Notes: generated by a model not told the origin, from the letters alone. Positions 19,445-29,430 are shown, counted from the first letter of the stretch. The stretch is DNA of 64,000 nt from Flavobacteriales bacterium (GCA_016710685.1 JADJVC010000001.1:72948-136947); one strand, 5' to 3'. A program made the numbers and translations.

Positions 19445-20766
19445 GCCTTGCGTCGATCGTCTTTTTGCTCGTGTTTATCGCCGCCGCATGGTGGTTCGCC
19501 CGCAACGTGCAACGCATCCGCCGCAACATTCTGCTGGGCCGCGATGTGGATCGCACCGACCGCCCCGCGGAGCGTTGGGCGCTGATGGCGAAAGTGGCGC
19601 TGGGCCAAAGTAAAATGGTGGTGCGGCCCGTCGCCGGATTGCTGCACATCGTGGTGTACGCTGGCTTCGTCATCATCAACATTGAAGTGCTGGAGATCAT
19701 CATTGACGGCATCTTCGGAACACACCGCGTGCTGAGCTTCTTGGGTGGTTTCTACAACTTCCTCATTGGCAGCTTTGAGATCCTTGCCGTGCTCACGTGG
19801 TTGGGCTGCGCAATTTTCCTCGCACGCCGTTTCATCATGCGCATCAAGCGTTTCTGGAGTCCGGAAATGACCGCGTGGCCCCGCACGGATGCGGCACTGA
19901 TCCTCACGTTCGAGATCTTGTTGATGTCTGCCTTCCTGCTGATGAACGCCGCCGACCACACCTTGCAGGGCATGGGCGCGGAGCATTACGTCGTTGCCGG
20001 CGCTTTCCCCATGAGCGCGCACCTCGCGCAGCTTTTCAACTTTGGCAGCCTTTCACCCTCAACCCTTATCGGCATTGAGCGTTTCTGCTGGTGGTTCCAC
20101 ATTATTGGTATCCTCGGTTTCCTCAATTACCTGCCGTACAGCAAGCACTTCCACATTCTGCTGGCATTCCCCAACGTGTGGTACAGCAAGCTGAAGCCGA
20201 AGACGGAAATGTCGGAAATGCCGCGTGTAACAGGGGAGGTAAAGAGCATGTTGGACCCGTCCATCGCGCCGCCCACGCCGCCCGCGGAACCCGTGAACGG
20301 CCTGCCGCCCGAGCACTTCGGCGCCAAGGACGTCTTCGACCTATCGTGGAAAAGCCTGATGGATGCGTACACCTGCACCGAGTGCGGGCGCTGCACCAGC
20401 GAATGCCCGGCCAACATCACCGGCAAGCTCCTCAGCCCGCGCAAGATCATGATGGACACCCGCGACCGCTTGGAGGAAGTGGGCAAGGTGATGGACGCCA
20501 AAGGCAAGTGGGAGGATGATGGCAAGAGCCTCTTCAGCCACATCAGTGAAGAAGAATTGTGGGCATGCACAACGTGCAACGCCTGCACGCAAGCCTGTCC
20601 GGTGAATATCGATCCCGTGGAAATTATTCTGGACATGCGTCGCTTCTTGGTGATGGAAGAAAGCAAAGCCCGCCAAGAACTGAATGCCATGTTCACCACG
20701 ATTGAAAATAACGGTGCTGCTTGGGCTTTCGGGCCTGATCAACGCATGAAGTGGACGGAAGAATGA
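19441..20766 (+). CDS. (Fe-S)-binding protein: membrane domain plus 2x[4Fe-4S] ferredoxin-type domain
   Basis: CTECGRCTSECP and CTTCNACTQACP cluster motifs; N-terminal transmembrane helices. Confidence 0.7.
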   Translation: MSLASIVFLLVFIAAAWWFARNVQRIRRNILLGRDVDRTDRPAERWALMAKVALGQSKMVVRPVAGLLHIVVYAGFVIINIEVLEIIIDGIFGTHRVLSFLGGFYNFLIGSFEILAVLTWLGCAIFLARRFIMRIKRFWSPEMTAWPRTDAALILTFEILLMSAFLLMNAADHTLQGMGAEHYVVAGAFPMSAHLAQLFNFGSLSPSTLIGIERFCWWFHIIGILGFLNYLPYSKHFHILLAFPNVWYSKLKPKTEMSEMPRVTGEVKSMLDPSIAPPTPPAEPVNGLPPEHFGAKDVFDLSWKSLMDAYTCTECGRCTSECPANITGKLLSPRKIMMDTRDRLEEVGKVMDAKGKWEDDGKSLFSHISEEELWACTTCNACTQACPVNIDPVEIILDMRRFLVMEESKARQELNAMFTTIENNGAAWAFGPDQRMKWTEE

Positions 20767-20812
20767 ACTGCGTTAGTCCAAGTTTTTCATTTTTCCTTTT
20801 GCATTTTTCATT

Positions 20813-21612
20813 TTGCATTCGATGAGCGACCCCATCAAAATCCCCACAATGGCCGAATTCGCGGCCAGCGGCGAAGTGCCTGAAGTCCTCTTTTGGGTAG
20901 GCTGCATGGGCAGTTTCGACGACCGTGCACGCAAGATTTCCAAGGCCTTTGTCCGCATCATGACTGCCGCGAAGGTGAAGTTCGCTGTGCTGGGGCAGGA
21001 GGAAGGTTGCACCGGCGACCCTGCGCGTAGGGCCGGCAACGAGTTTCTGTTCCAGATGCAAGCCTTGCAGAACGTCACCGTGCTGAACGGCTACGGCGTG
21101 AAGCGCATCGTAACCGCGTGCCCGCACTGCTTCAACACCATCAAGAACGAATACCCGCGCTGGGCGGCCAGTATGAGGTGATGCACCACACGCAGTTCAT
21201 CAACACCCTGCTGAAGGAAGGCCGCATCACCGTTGACGGTGGCAGCTTCAAGGGCAAGCGCATAACCTTCCACGATCCGTGCTACTTGGGTCGCGGCAAT
21301 GCTGAGTATGAGGCTCCGCGCGAAGTGCTGTTGAAACTGGATGCCGCACTGGTGGAAATGAAACGTAGCCGCGCAACGGGCCTTTGCTGCGGCGCAGGCG
21401 GCGCACAGATGTTCAAGGAAGCCGAACCCGGCAAGAAGGAAGTGAACGTGGAACGCACCGAGGAAGCCATTGATACCGGCGCGACCATTGTGGCTGCTGG
21501 CTGTCCTTTCTGCAACACCATGCTCAACGACGGCGTGAAGCACTTCAACAAGGAAGGCACCGTGGTGGTGAAGGACGTCGCGGAGCTGATCGCGGAGGCT
21601 GGGGATCTGTAG
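20813..21612 (+). CDS. CCG (cysteine-rich) domain (Fe-S)-binding protein, interrupted by a -1 frameshift near 21150
   Basis: Two CCG motifs (CPHCFN, CPFCN) split between ORFs 20813..21181 and 21118..21612. One base appears missing after 'gaatacccg', which would otherwise read ..NEYPALGGQYEV.. Confidence 0.65.
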
Positions 21613-21624
21613 TTTCCTCAGCGA

Positions 21625-21652
21625 TCTCACGAAGCGGGGCCGATCCATATCG
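21625..21652 (+). terminator. hairpin terminator after the CCG gene
   Basis: GGGCCGATCCATATCGGCCC. Confidence 0.5.
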
Positions 21653-21959
21653 GCCCTGAGGTCAGGTGATAAAGTTTTTGTCCACAGATTACGCGGATGG
21701 ACACAGATGTTTGCCCGCGTTGCGGGCGGTAAACGACCTTCACCGGACCCGGCCGAATGCCGAAGGCATTATCTGTGAAATCTGTGTAATCTGTGGACGA
21801 ATTGTCGCCACTCCCGGTTTTCAATGAATCCGGAATTTCGGTGGACGGCAAAGCATAGATCCATAGCTGGACTCGAAAGAAATCTGCTTCATCCATCATT
21901 ATTTTATCGCCGATCCGCTTTTTTCCCGTTCCTTTCCAATAGGTAACAGGATAAAGTAG

Positions 21960-24026
21960 ATGCGCAAGCACGACGACCTGGCCAGTGCAATTACCCGGTC
22001 GCCGATGATCCGTGTGGTCGTGCCGTTCATTTTCGGTTTGCTGATCGCGCAATTATTCCCGTTTTCGTGGGGCTGGTACTGGGGTTTCTTGGTAGTTGCT
22101 TTTGCCGTTGCCTACTGGCTTTGGGCCACTGGGCTGAGTTATGCCTCGCGCTGGATGCCCGGAGTTGGCTTTATGCTGCTTTTCGTGGCCATGGGCGGAT
22201 TGCGGCAACGCTTGGCATACGTGCAGTTGCGACCAGACCACATCCAAAATATCGGGCAGGATGCCGAAGGATTCGAGGTGCAGATAGCCGAACTTTCCTC
22301 CGTGAAAGAGCGCACATTCCGCGCATGGGCCGATGTGAAAACCGCGCTGGTGCAAGGGAAACCGGTGCCTGCGGAAGGCCGTGTGCTGCTCACGTTGATG
22401 CGCGACAGTTTGCACGCCGTTCCAGCCCAAGGGGACCGGCTGCTTATACGTGGCCTGCTGGAACCCATAAACCGCACACCGGATCCCGGTGGGTTTGATC
22501 AACGCCTTTGGGCCGCGTACCACGGAGCTGCCTTTGCACTTTTCGCGCCGGCGGAAAAATGGCAACTCGTCCACGCCAACAAGCTCGGCTCCGGCTTCTT
22601 TGCGGATGCGCGTACCAGCGTTGCCGTTTGGCTGCGCGATGCCGGACTACCGCCGCGCGAAAGGGCATTGGCCAAGGCGATCCTGCTGGGCATGCGCGAC
22701 GAGCTGGAGCCTGAGCAAAACCAAGCCTTCGTGCGCAGTGGCACCATCCATGTGCTGGCCGTGAGCGGAACACACGTGGGCATCATCTACATCGCCGTGT
22801 TGTGGGCCATGATGCGCCTGGGGAAGGGGAAGCGGGCACGCCTTGTGCGCGGCGCAATCGCCTTGTGCGCGCTCTGGATGTACGCGGGGATCACCGGGTT
22901 TACGCCATCCGTGCTTCGCGCCACCACCATGTTTTCCTTGTTCACCATCGCGGAAATGGTGCAATGGCGCATTGAATCCATCAACAACCTTGCTGCCGCT
23001 GCTTTCCTGCTCTTGATGTGGGACCCGGCAATGCTCGGCCAACTGGGCTTCCAGCTTTCCTTCTTGGCCGTGCTGGGCATCGCGGTGTTCTATAAACCGA
23101 TCAATTTGGCTTGGACACCACCCAATTCCGTCGCGGCCTTTTTCTGGTCCTTGATAGCGGTGAGCCTTGCCGCACAGGCATTCACAATTCCACTTTGCTT
23201 GTATATGTTCCATGCATTTCCCGTGTGGTTCCTGCCGGCGAACATGGCCATCGTGACCTTGGTGGGCTTCGGTGTTTACGGCGCCATTGCTGTGGTGGTG
23301 TTGCACGCAGTACCAGTGCTCGGCCCCATGCTTTCGGTGGCGCTGAAATGGCTGCTGATGCTGCTCGGTATGTCCACGGGTTTTTTCGCTTCCCTGCCGG
23401 GCGCATATCCCGCCGTGCGCATCGGCTGGTGGGGCATGGTGGGCATGTACGCGTTGCTCGTGTTCTTTGCATCGTGGGTGTTGCAAGGCCGAAAAGAATC
23501 CCGCAGCATCACCTTGGGCTTGTTGGCGGTTCTGCTTTGCGGTTGGGCATGGACGGCGCATATACGCAATGAGCAAACGGTGTTCACCGTGTACGATGAC
23601 AGGGATGGAACGATGTGCTCCGTGCTGGAAGGGCGGACCTTGCACGTATACCGCACCATGGCCAGCGATCGCTCGGATGCCAAGATCGAGGCCCACGCGC
23701 GCAATGCCGGTATAGCGCATGTCGTGGTCTGCGACAGCCTGCCGGAATGGGTCAACGTGCAAGGCCGGAAAGTTGCGCTGCTCTCCGCAACACGAATACC
23801 CGCACCATGGGATTCCGCGAGCAACGTCGTTGAAGTTGTGCTCTATGGCGATGGCCGCATGGCCAAGCGTTTCTCCGAAAATCTTCAACCGGACAGCACT
23901 TCGAAATGGGTCTTCGCATCAAGTCTGTCTTCCTACGCCCGCCGGGACTTGCGCAAATGGACGGAGGAAAATGCCCTCGGTTCTTTCGACATGCGCGCAG
24001 CCGGTGCGTATGTTAGTCCCAGATGA
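21960..24026 (+). CDS. comEC: ComEC/Rec2 family DNA internalization channel protein
   Basis: 688 aa polytopic membrane protein with a competence domain (HVLAVSGTHVGII). Confidence 0.8.
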   Translation: MRKHDDLASAITRSPMIRVVVPFIFGLLIAQLFPFSWGWYWGFLVVAFAVAYWLWATGLSYASRWMPGVGFMLLFVAMGGLRQRLAYVQLRPDHIQNIGQDAEGFEVQIAELSSVKERTFRAWADVKTALVQGKPVPAEGRVLLTLMRDSLHAVPAQGDRLLIRGLLEPINRTPDPGGFDQRLWAAYHGAAFALFAPAEKWQLVHANKLGSGFFADARTSVAVWLRDAGLPPRERALAKAILLGMRDELEPEQNQAFVRSGTIHVLAVSGTHVGIIYIAVLWAMMRLGKGKRARLVRGAIALCALWMYAGITGFTPSVLRATTMFSLFTIAEMVQWRIESINNLAAAAFLLLMWDPAMLGQLGFQLSFLAVLGIAVFYKPINLAWTPPNSVAAFFWSLIAVSLAAQAFTIPLCLYMFHAFPVWFLPANMAIVTLVGFGVYGAIAVVVLHAVPVLGPMLSVALKWLLMLLGMSTGFFASLPGAYPAVRIGWWGMVGMYALLVFFASWVLQGRKESRSITLGLLAVLLCGWAWTAHIRNEQTVFTVYDDRDGTMCSVLEGRTLHVYRTMASDRSDAKIEAHARNAGIAHVVVCDSLPEWVNVQGRKVALLSATRIPAPWDSASNVVEVVLYGDGRMAKRFSENLQPDSTSKWVFASSLSSYARRDLRKWTEENALGSFDMRAAGAYVSPR

Positions 24027-24385
24027 TCGTCGAAGGAATCCGCTGGAAGCGCGTGGAAGGCGGAAGCCCCGATACGCTGGGCGACGGTGAATTGATGCGC
24101 GCCAACGTGGCCGGAAAGACCTTGTGCATCGTGCGCAACGGGGGCAAACTGCACGCCCTGTTGGACCGTTGTCCGCACCAAGGCAGCAGCTTTATCGGCG
24201 GATGGTGCGAAGGCGGCGACATCATTTGCCCGTTGCACCGCATGGGATTCAACTTGGCAACAGGCCGCAACCGCGGAGGTGGCACGGACAGTGCAGAAGT
24301 ATTCCCCGTGGAAGAGCGCCCGGACGGTGTTTACATCGGCTTCGCCTACACCACCTTCAAGATCTTCGGGGTGGAGCTGTGGTAG
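24023..24385 (+). CDS. Rieske [2Fe-2S] domain protein (NirD-like)
   Basis: CPHQG...CPLH motifs; start overlaps the comEC stop (ATGA). Confidence 0.75.
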   Translation: MIVEGIRWKRVEGGSPDTLGDGELMRANVAGKTLCIVRNGGKLHALLDRCPHQGSSFIGGWCEGGDIICPLHRMGFNLATGRNRGGGTDSAEVFPVEERPDGVYIGFAYTTFKIFGVELW

Positions 24386-24392
24386 TGGTGAA

Positions 24393-25256
24393 CTATAATT
24401 CGTCTAACCGGAACGTCTCTTTCACGCGCACACCTTTTTCCGTCTGTTCCACGGTGGCGCATTCCGTTACGCTGTCGTGCTCGAAGAACAGGATGTGCCC
24501 TTCCGCCGCGGCTTTCTCCAGCACCGGCACTTTTTCCTGCATGCTCAACAGCGGCCGCGTGTCGTAGCCGATCACCCACGGAACGGGGATGTGGTGCTTG
24601 CTCGGCATCAGGTCCGCGAGGTAAACCAACGTTTTGCCTTTGTACTGAATGTGCGGCACCATCATCGCGTCCGTGTGGCCATTCACCATCAACACGTCAA
24701 AGCCCGGAAAAAGCGCTTTCACGTATGGCGTTTCCGTTTCGCCTTTCCGATCCGCGTTAACGAATTTCAACTGGCCACTTTCTTGGATGGGCAGGATGTT
24801 CTCCTTCAGAAAACTTGCCTTTTCGCGGGCGTTCGGCTTGGTGGCCCATTCCCAATGGAACCGGTTGCTCCAGTACGTTGCGTTCTTAAAAGCGGGCACC
24901 AATTTGTCGCCCACGCGTTTGATGCTGCCACCGCAATGGTCAAAGTGCAGGTGCGTCAAAAAAACGTCCGTGATGTCGTCCGGTGTAAAGCCTTTTGCTT
25001 TCAACGATCCTTCCAACGTGGCATCGCCGTGCAGGTCGTAGTGGCCGAAAAATTTCGCGTCCTGTTTGTCTCCGAGTCCATTGTCGATCAGGATCAACCG
25101 GCCCTCGTCTTCCACCAATAAGCAGCGCATCGCCCATGAACACATGTTGCGCTCGTCCGCCGGATGCACCTTGCTCCACAACACTTTAGGCACCACGCCG
25201 AACATGGCGCCACCGTCCAACTTGAACAATCCGGTATCGATCGTATGCAATTTCAT
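24393..25256 (-). CDS. MBL-fold metallo-hydrolase
   Basis: THLHFDHCGG motif. Confidence 0.75.
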   Translation of the reverse strand: MKLHTIDTGLFKLDGGAMFGVVPKVLWSKVHPADERNMCSWAMRCLLVEDEGRLILIDNGLGDKQDAKFFGHYDLHGDATLEGSLKAKGFTPDDITDVFLTHLHFDHCGGSIKRVGDKLVPAFKNATYWSNRFHWEWATKPNAREKASFLKENILPIQESGQLKFVNADRKGETETPYVKALFPGFDVLMVNGHTDAMMVPHIQYKGKTLVYLADLMPSKHHIPVPWVIGYDTRPLLSMQEKVPVLEKAAAEGHILFFEHDSVTECATVEQTEKGVRVKETFRLDEL

Positions 25257-25350
25257 GTAGGGTCGGCGCGGGTTTGGCTGCGCCGGTGTTGGCCAAAGGT
25301 CGGGATTTATTTAGCGCCGACTGTTCGCAAACCCCTCTTCTCCGGTCACC

Positions 25351-27153
25351 TTAGACCATAAAGTAATAGCCTTGGTCCTGCATTTCGCCATGCTTGCGGG
25401 GACAATGCGTACACACGTCGCTGCCCACGATCTCATAGGCGCGCTTCACGGCCATCATGGTGCTGCTGTAGCGCACCTTTTGCTCGCGGAAAACTTCCGC
25501 CCGCAGCAGGTCGGCGCCGGTGCGCTGCATCATTTCGAACAAATCGTCGTTCACCCCGCACAACAGGACCTCTATGCCGCGGTCTTCGGTGCGTTGCACC
25601 AGGTCGCTGAGCAAATGCAGGCATACGGCATCGGGGTTGCGCGCCCTCTTAAGACGCAGGACGAGCACACGCGTTTGTGCGGTCAATCGGCTTTCAATGG
25701 TGCGGAAGTGTGCTTCCAATGTGGTCGCGCTGCTGAAGAACATCTCACCTTCCAGCCCGAAAATGAGGATACGGCTGCATTCGGGGTCGTCCGCCATGCG
25801 CTCGGCGATCACGCGGTCCTTGGTAACTGTGAATTCGGTGAGCAACATGCGGCCTGCGCGCGGCACGGCGAGCAGGAAGGAGAGGAACACGCCGATCAAT
25901 ACGCAGAATTCAATGGAAATGAACATTGCGCTTAACGCAGTTGCCAGCACGATCCCCGCATCAAATTTTGAGGCCCGCAAGTGGTAGCGCAGGGCTTTAG
26001 GGTCGATCAGCCGAAGGCCGGTTAGAATGAGGATGCCGGCCAAGCAGGCTTTGGGGATGAATTGCGCATAGGGCGCGAACAGCACCACGATCAAAGCCAC
26101 TGCCGCCGCGGAGAAAATGCCCGACCATTGCGTGCGCGCGCCGGCCTGCACGTTGATGGCGCTACGCGTGATGGACCCGGAACCCGGGATGCCCTTGAAC
26201 AGGCCTGCGCCCACGTTGGCTAAACCTTCGGAGAGGCAGATCTGGTTGAGGTCCAATTGCTGCCGAGTTGTGGTGGCAATGCTTTTGGACATGGCGATGG
26301 CTTCCAGCAGGCCCAATGTGCCGATAGCCAAGGCGGACGGGCCAAGGCTCTGTAACAGGGCCTCGTCGAAATGCGGCATGTGGAAGGAGGGGAGCTTCGC
26401 AGGGATATGCCCCACAACGCCCACGCTACCTTGATGCCACAGCCATGTGACGAATGAAACGCCGATCACTGTGACCAATAGTTCCGGAAATAATTTCCAG
26501 CCCACCATCTTCTTCAATTTCCGCAGGCCCAGCAAGAGTCCGATGGACCCCAGACCAACAGCAAGTGTGGACGGGTCAACGCTGCCGCCTTGCGTCATGG
26601 AATGCCAGAAACGCATCACGAAAGGTTCATGTACATCGCCCTTGTAACTCAGGCCCAGCAGGTGTTTCATCTGGTCCATCACCAGCAGTACGGAGGCCCC
26701 TGCCGTAAAGCCCACCACCACGGAATGCGAGATGTAGCGCGTAAGGTCACCGATTCGGAGCACGGCGATTACCACTTGCAATACGCCGATCATCAAGGCC
26801 AGCACCAGCACCGCGTTGATCTTGTCCTCCATCAAAGGGATCATGGCCGTGGCCGAGAGCACCGCGATGGAAATGGCGTTGGTGGGGCCGTTGATCAATT
26901 GCCGGCTGCTGGCGAAGAACGCCCCGATGGCCGTCATCACAACGGCGGTGTATAGCCCGTATTCCGCCGGAACGCCCGCCACCAGTGCGTATGCTACTGC
27001 TTGTGGCACCGCGACCGCGGCTACTGAAAGACCAGCCAACAGGTCGGCGCGCGCAACGTGTCCATTGTATTTCCGCAAGCTGTCCAAAGCCGGGAAGTAC
27101 CGCCACCACCCTTGGGGGAACTCGTCGATTTTCCGGGCGGTAGCCTGAGCCAT
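25351..27153 (-). CDS. SulP family inorganic anion transporter with STAS domain
   Basis: Sulfate-transporter transmembrane core plus C-terminal STAS; the ORF's upstream ATG at 27192 is also possible. Confidence 0.8.
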   Translation of the reverse strand: MAQATARKIDEFPQGWWRYFPALDSLRKYNGHVARADLLAGLSVAAVAVPQAVAYALVAGVPAEYGLYTAVVMTAIGAFFASSRQLINGPTNAISIAVLSATAMIPLMEDKINAVLVLALMIGVLQVVIAVLRIGDLTRYISHSVVVGFTAGASVLLVMDQMKHLLGLSYKGDVHEPFVMRFWHSMTQGGSVDPSTLAVGLGSIGLLLGLRKLKKMVGWKLFPELLVTVIGVSFVTWLWHQGSVGVVGHIPAKLPSFHMPHFDEALLQSLGPSALAIGTLGLLEAIAMSKSIATTTRQQLDLNQICLSEGLANVGAGLFKGIPGSGSITRSAINVQAGARTQWSGIFSAAAVALIVVLFAPYAQFIPKACLAGILILTGLRLIDPKALRYHLRASKFDAGIVLATALSAMFISIEFCVLIGVFLSFLLAVPRAGRMLLTEFTVTKDRVIAERMADDPECSRILIFGLEGEMFFSSATTLEAHFRTIESRLTAQTRVLVLRLKRARNPDAVCLHLLSDLVQRTEDRGIEVLLCGVNDDLFEMMQRTGADLLRAEVFREQKVRYSSTMMAVKRAYEIVGSDVCTHCPRKHGEMQDQGYYFMV

Positions 27154-27425
27154 GGTGCAAGTATCGCGAATTTCCAGCCGGGGGGTGGTCAACCAAGGCC
27201 CGATGCTGTTTGCGAAATAAGTCGTTTACGATAGTTTGGACGACAACGTTCCAGCGGTGAAGTGGTTCATTCCCGTCTCGCGCAAGAATGAAATGCCCAG
27301 GACTGGATTGGCTTCGCCGGACCAGGTTTAGCCGTGAAGTGGATCAAGCCCATTCGCTTCGCTCACGGGCATTTTTCATGCCCTTCCCAGTTCAAGCTTC
27401 GCTTGACTGGTCGGTCATGAAAAAA

Positions 27426-27452
27426 GCCCTGCCGCTTCGCGACAGGGCTTGA
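27426..27452 (-). terminator. terminator hairpin downstream of tRNA-Leu
   Basis: AAGCCCTG..CAGGGCTT followed by a T-run on the minus strand. Confidence 0.55.
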
Positions 27453-27460
27453 TCATCAAG

Positions 27461-27544
27461 TGCCCAGGACTGGACTCGAACCAGCACAGCCTTTCGGCCA
27501 CACGCCCCTCAAGCGTGCGTGTCTACCAATTTCACCACCTGGGC
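27461..27544 (-). tRNA. tRNA-Leu (anticodon GAG)
   Basis: GCCCAGG acceptor, D-arm, anticodon loop TTGAGGG, long variable arm, GGTTCGAGTCC T-arm; CCA not encoded. Confidence 0.85.
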
Positions 27545-27587
27545 AAGGGGGCGCAAATATAGAAGTCTGAAGCATTGCTGAAACCCT

Positions 27588-28946
27588 TCACTCTTTCAGC
27601 AGTTGCGCCACGAGCCGTCGACCGCCGACCTGTGCCACCACCGTGTAGTGGCCGGGTGCCAATTGGGCTACGGAGATCCGTTCTGCGCCAGTCACCTTTA
27701 AAACTGGCCGGCCTGTGGCGTCCAAAACTGTGATCTGCGTTATGCGCACATTCTCCGGAAGGCGCAATTCCACTTGGTCTTCCGCAGGATTGGGCACCAA
27801 CACCAAACCGGTTCCGTTCAGGTTCACTTTGGAAATGCCGACTGAGCAATCCAGCGCATTGATGTGCGCCCAGATCTGGTCATTGAGCACCGTGGCTACG
27901 GGCACGGGGCCGCCAGCGGCATTGCCGAGCCGCACCAAAACCATGTCCCGGCTGGGCACCACGTTGATCAGTTGGTCGTCCTTGCCCAAGCCGTTGTATG
28001 CGTCCGCAGGCTCATTTGGCATCAACGGACCCTGAAAGACAAATTGCGTTTGCGGCAGCATGTATGTGGGCTGCCCGTTCAACCACCAGAGGTAGCCGTA
28101 GCTCTGGTTCAATGCTTGCGAGGGTGTGGTGGCCGTTTGAAAATACGCGGAGTCGTGCATAATGGTGTCCGTGTCCCACACCATGCGGTTCAACGCCAAC
28201 AAACCAAAGCGGGCTGCGCTGCGGGCCGTGCTCCAAAACACTTTATTGTAATCAGTCGGCAACCAGAAACCGTCCATTCCGATGGGGTTGCGCAACCGGT
28301 TGTTGAAATATAGGCTAAAGAATTGGCCGGTCGCATCAGCCACCACATCGTGCAATAAGGTGTACGGCGCATTGTGGTAAGCCCAACGTTCGCCGGGGTC
28401 CGCGAGGTAGGAAAGGCACGCGGGGTCCGTGCAATACACATCCCCGGCGCCATCGTCCAAGCCGGTTGTCATATTGAGTTGGTGACGTACCGTAATAGCG
28501 GCTTCCTGTGCCGGGGTTTCTGCCGTCCAGCCCGAGCCGAGATATAGTTGCGTTGGATCGTTGATGTCCAAGTAGCCGTCTTCTTGCGCCAAGCCGACGA
28601 TGGTGCTTGTGAGCGTTTTGCCCGCGCTGGCCCAATACCACAAGCTGTCCTGCGTGAAGGTGCCGCTGTAATGCTCCAGCAAAATGCGGCCGTGGTAAAG
28701 CAGAATGAATGCTTTGGTGCCGTTGGTGTCCAGAAAATTGTACAGCGAGTCGATGCGGTTGTTGCACCAGCCCAGCTCAGCGGGGTCGGTGGTTTCCCAA
28801 GTGCTTCCTGCCACGGGTGGCGGGAAGTAGGAGGTTTGGGCGTTGGATTTTTCCGCGTGTGATAGCAGCACGAAAAGCAGCAACGCGCTTAACAAGCATG
28901 GCACTTTCCGGAACGCTTCGGTAGCTCGCCGATTTTCAATCCTCAT
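27588..28946 (-). CDS. serine hydrolase (class C beta-lactamase/PBP-like family) with T9SS C-terminal sorting domain
   Basis: SxxK (ASAGKT) motif and CTD (VLVPNPAEDQVEL..GHYTVVAQ). Confidence 0.7.
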   Translation of the reverse strand: MRIENRRATEAFRKVPCLLSALLLFVLLSHAEKSNAQTSYFPPPVAGSTWETTDPAELGWCNNRIDSLYNFLDTNGTKAFILLYHGRILLEHYSGTFTQDSLWYWASAGKTLTSTIVGLAQEDGYLDINDPTQLYLGSGWTAETPAQEAAITVRHQLNMTTGLDDGAGDVYCTDPACLSYLADPGERWAYHNAPYTLLHDVVADATGQFFSLYFNNRLRNPIGMDGFWLPTDYNKVFWSTARSAARFGLLALNRMVWDTDTIMHDSAYFQTATTPSQALNQSYGYLWWLNGQPTYMLPQTQFVFQGPLMPNEPADAYNGLGKDDQLINVVPSRDMVLVRLGNAAGGPVPVATVLNDQIWAHINALDCSVGISKVNLNGTGLVLVPNPAEDQVELRLPENVRITQITVLDATGRPVLKVTGAERISVAQLAPGHYTVVAQVGGRRLVAQLLKE

Positions 28947-29430
28947 TTTCCTGTATCGTTAACTTCTTGATCCGCACCAACGGCCCCGGACACATTAGCC
29001 CGTGGCACGCCGCGCAGGTTTGCACCAGGCTATTGAACACCTCGTTACGTTCTGATGCCGGCGCGGCATACAAAGCGTCAAGCTGGCCCAGCCACGCCTG
29101 TGCATACGGGTCAAACGTGCGGTGTTCCACCATGCCCGGTGTGGCTTCCGCAGTCATTATGGCCTTGAATCGAACCGGATAGACGGGCAACTCTTTCCCT
29201 GCGGAAACAAGCTTTCCGGTGGAATCGGCGAAGGCTGTCATGTCACGCATCAAAAGGGCCAATTGGCTCGTAGGCGGCGGATCGCCTTTTACCACGCGCA
29301 CGCTTTTCGCCGGTGGTGGCGCAGGCGCAGCTTCGGCCATGCGGCTGGTACAGGCGTGCAGCACCATCGCGGTCGCGACCAGGCCGAAGTAGAAGGTGCT
29401 TCTCACTTTTGAAGGTTGGTTGGTGTGCAT
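28936..29430 (-). CDS. hypothetical lipoprotein with CxxCH motif (possible c-type haem site)
   Basis: Lipobox-like signal (LHACTS); CAACH near the C-terminus; start at the internal ATG at 29430. Confidence 0.45.
   Translation of the reverse strand: MHTNQPSKVRSTFYFGLVATAMVLHACTSRMAEAAPAPPPAKSVRVVKGDPPPTSQLALLMRDMTAFADSTGKLVSAGKELPVYPVRFKAIMTAEATPGMVEHRTFDPYAQAWLGQLDALYAAPASERNEVFNSLVQTCAACHGLMCPGPLVRIKKLTIQENED

Noticed and set aside
21627-22052. 141-aa minus-strand ORF in the comEC leader
   Set aside because: It overlaps the structured heptamer-array region and the comEC start, has no homologue-like features, and begins inside the CCG-gene terminator. It is probably spurious.
27561-27575. 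11-mer GAAGTCTGAAG shared between the reverse complement of the island B repeat and the region just upstream of tRNA-Leu
   Set aside because: A single short match (about 0.03 expected by chance in this window) with no extended similarity. It is insufficient to link the tRNA locus to the island.
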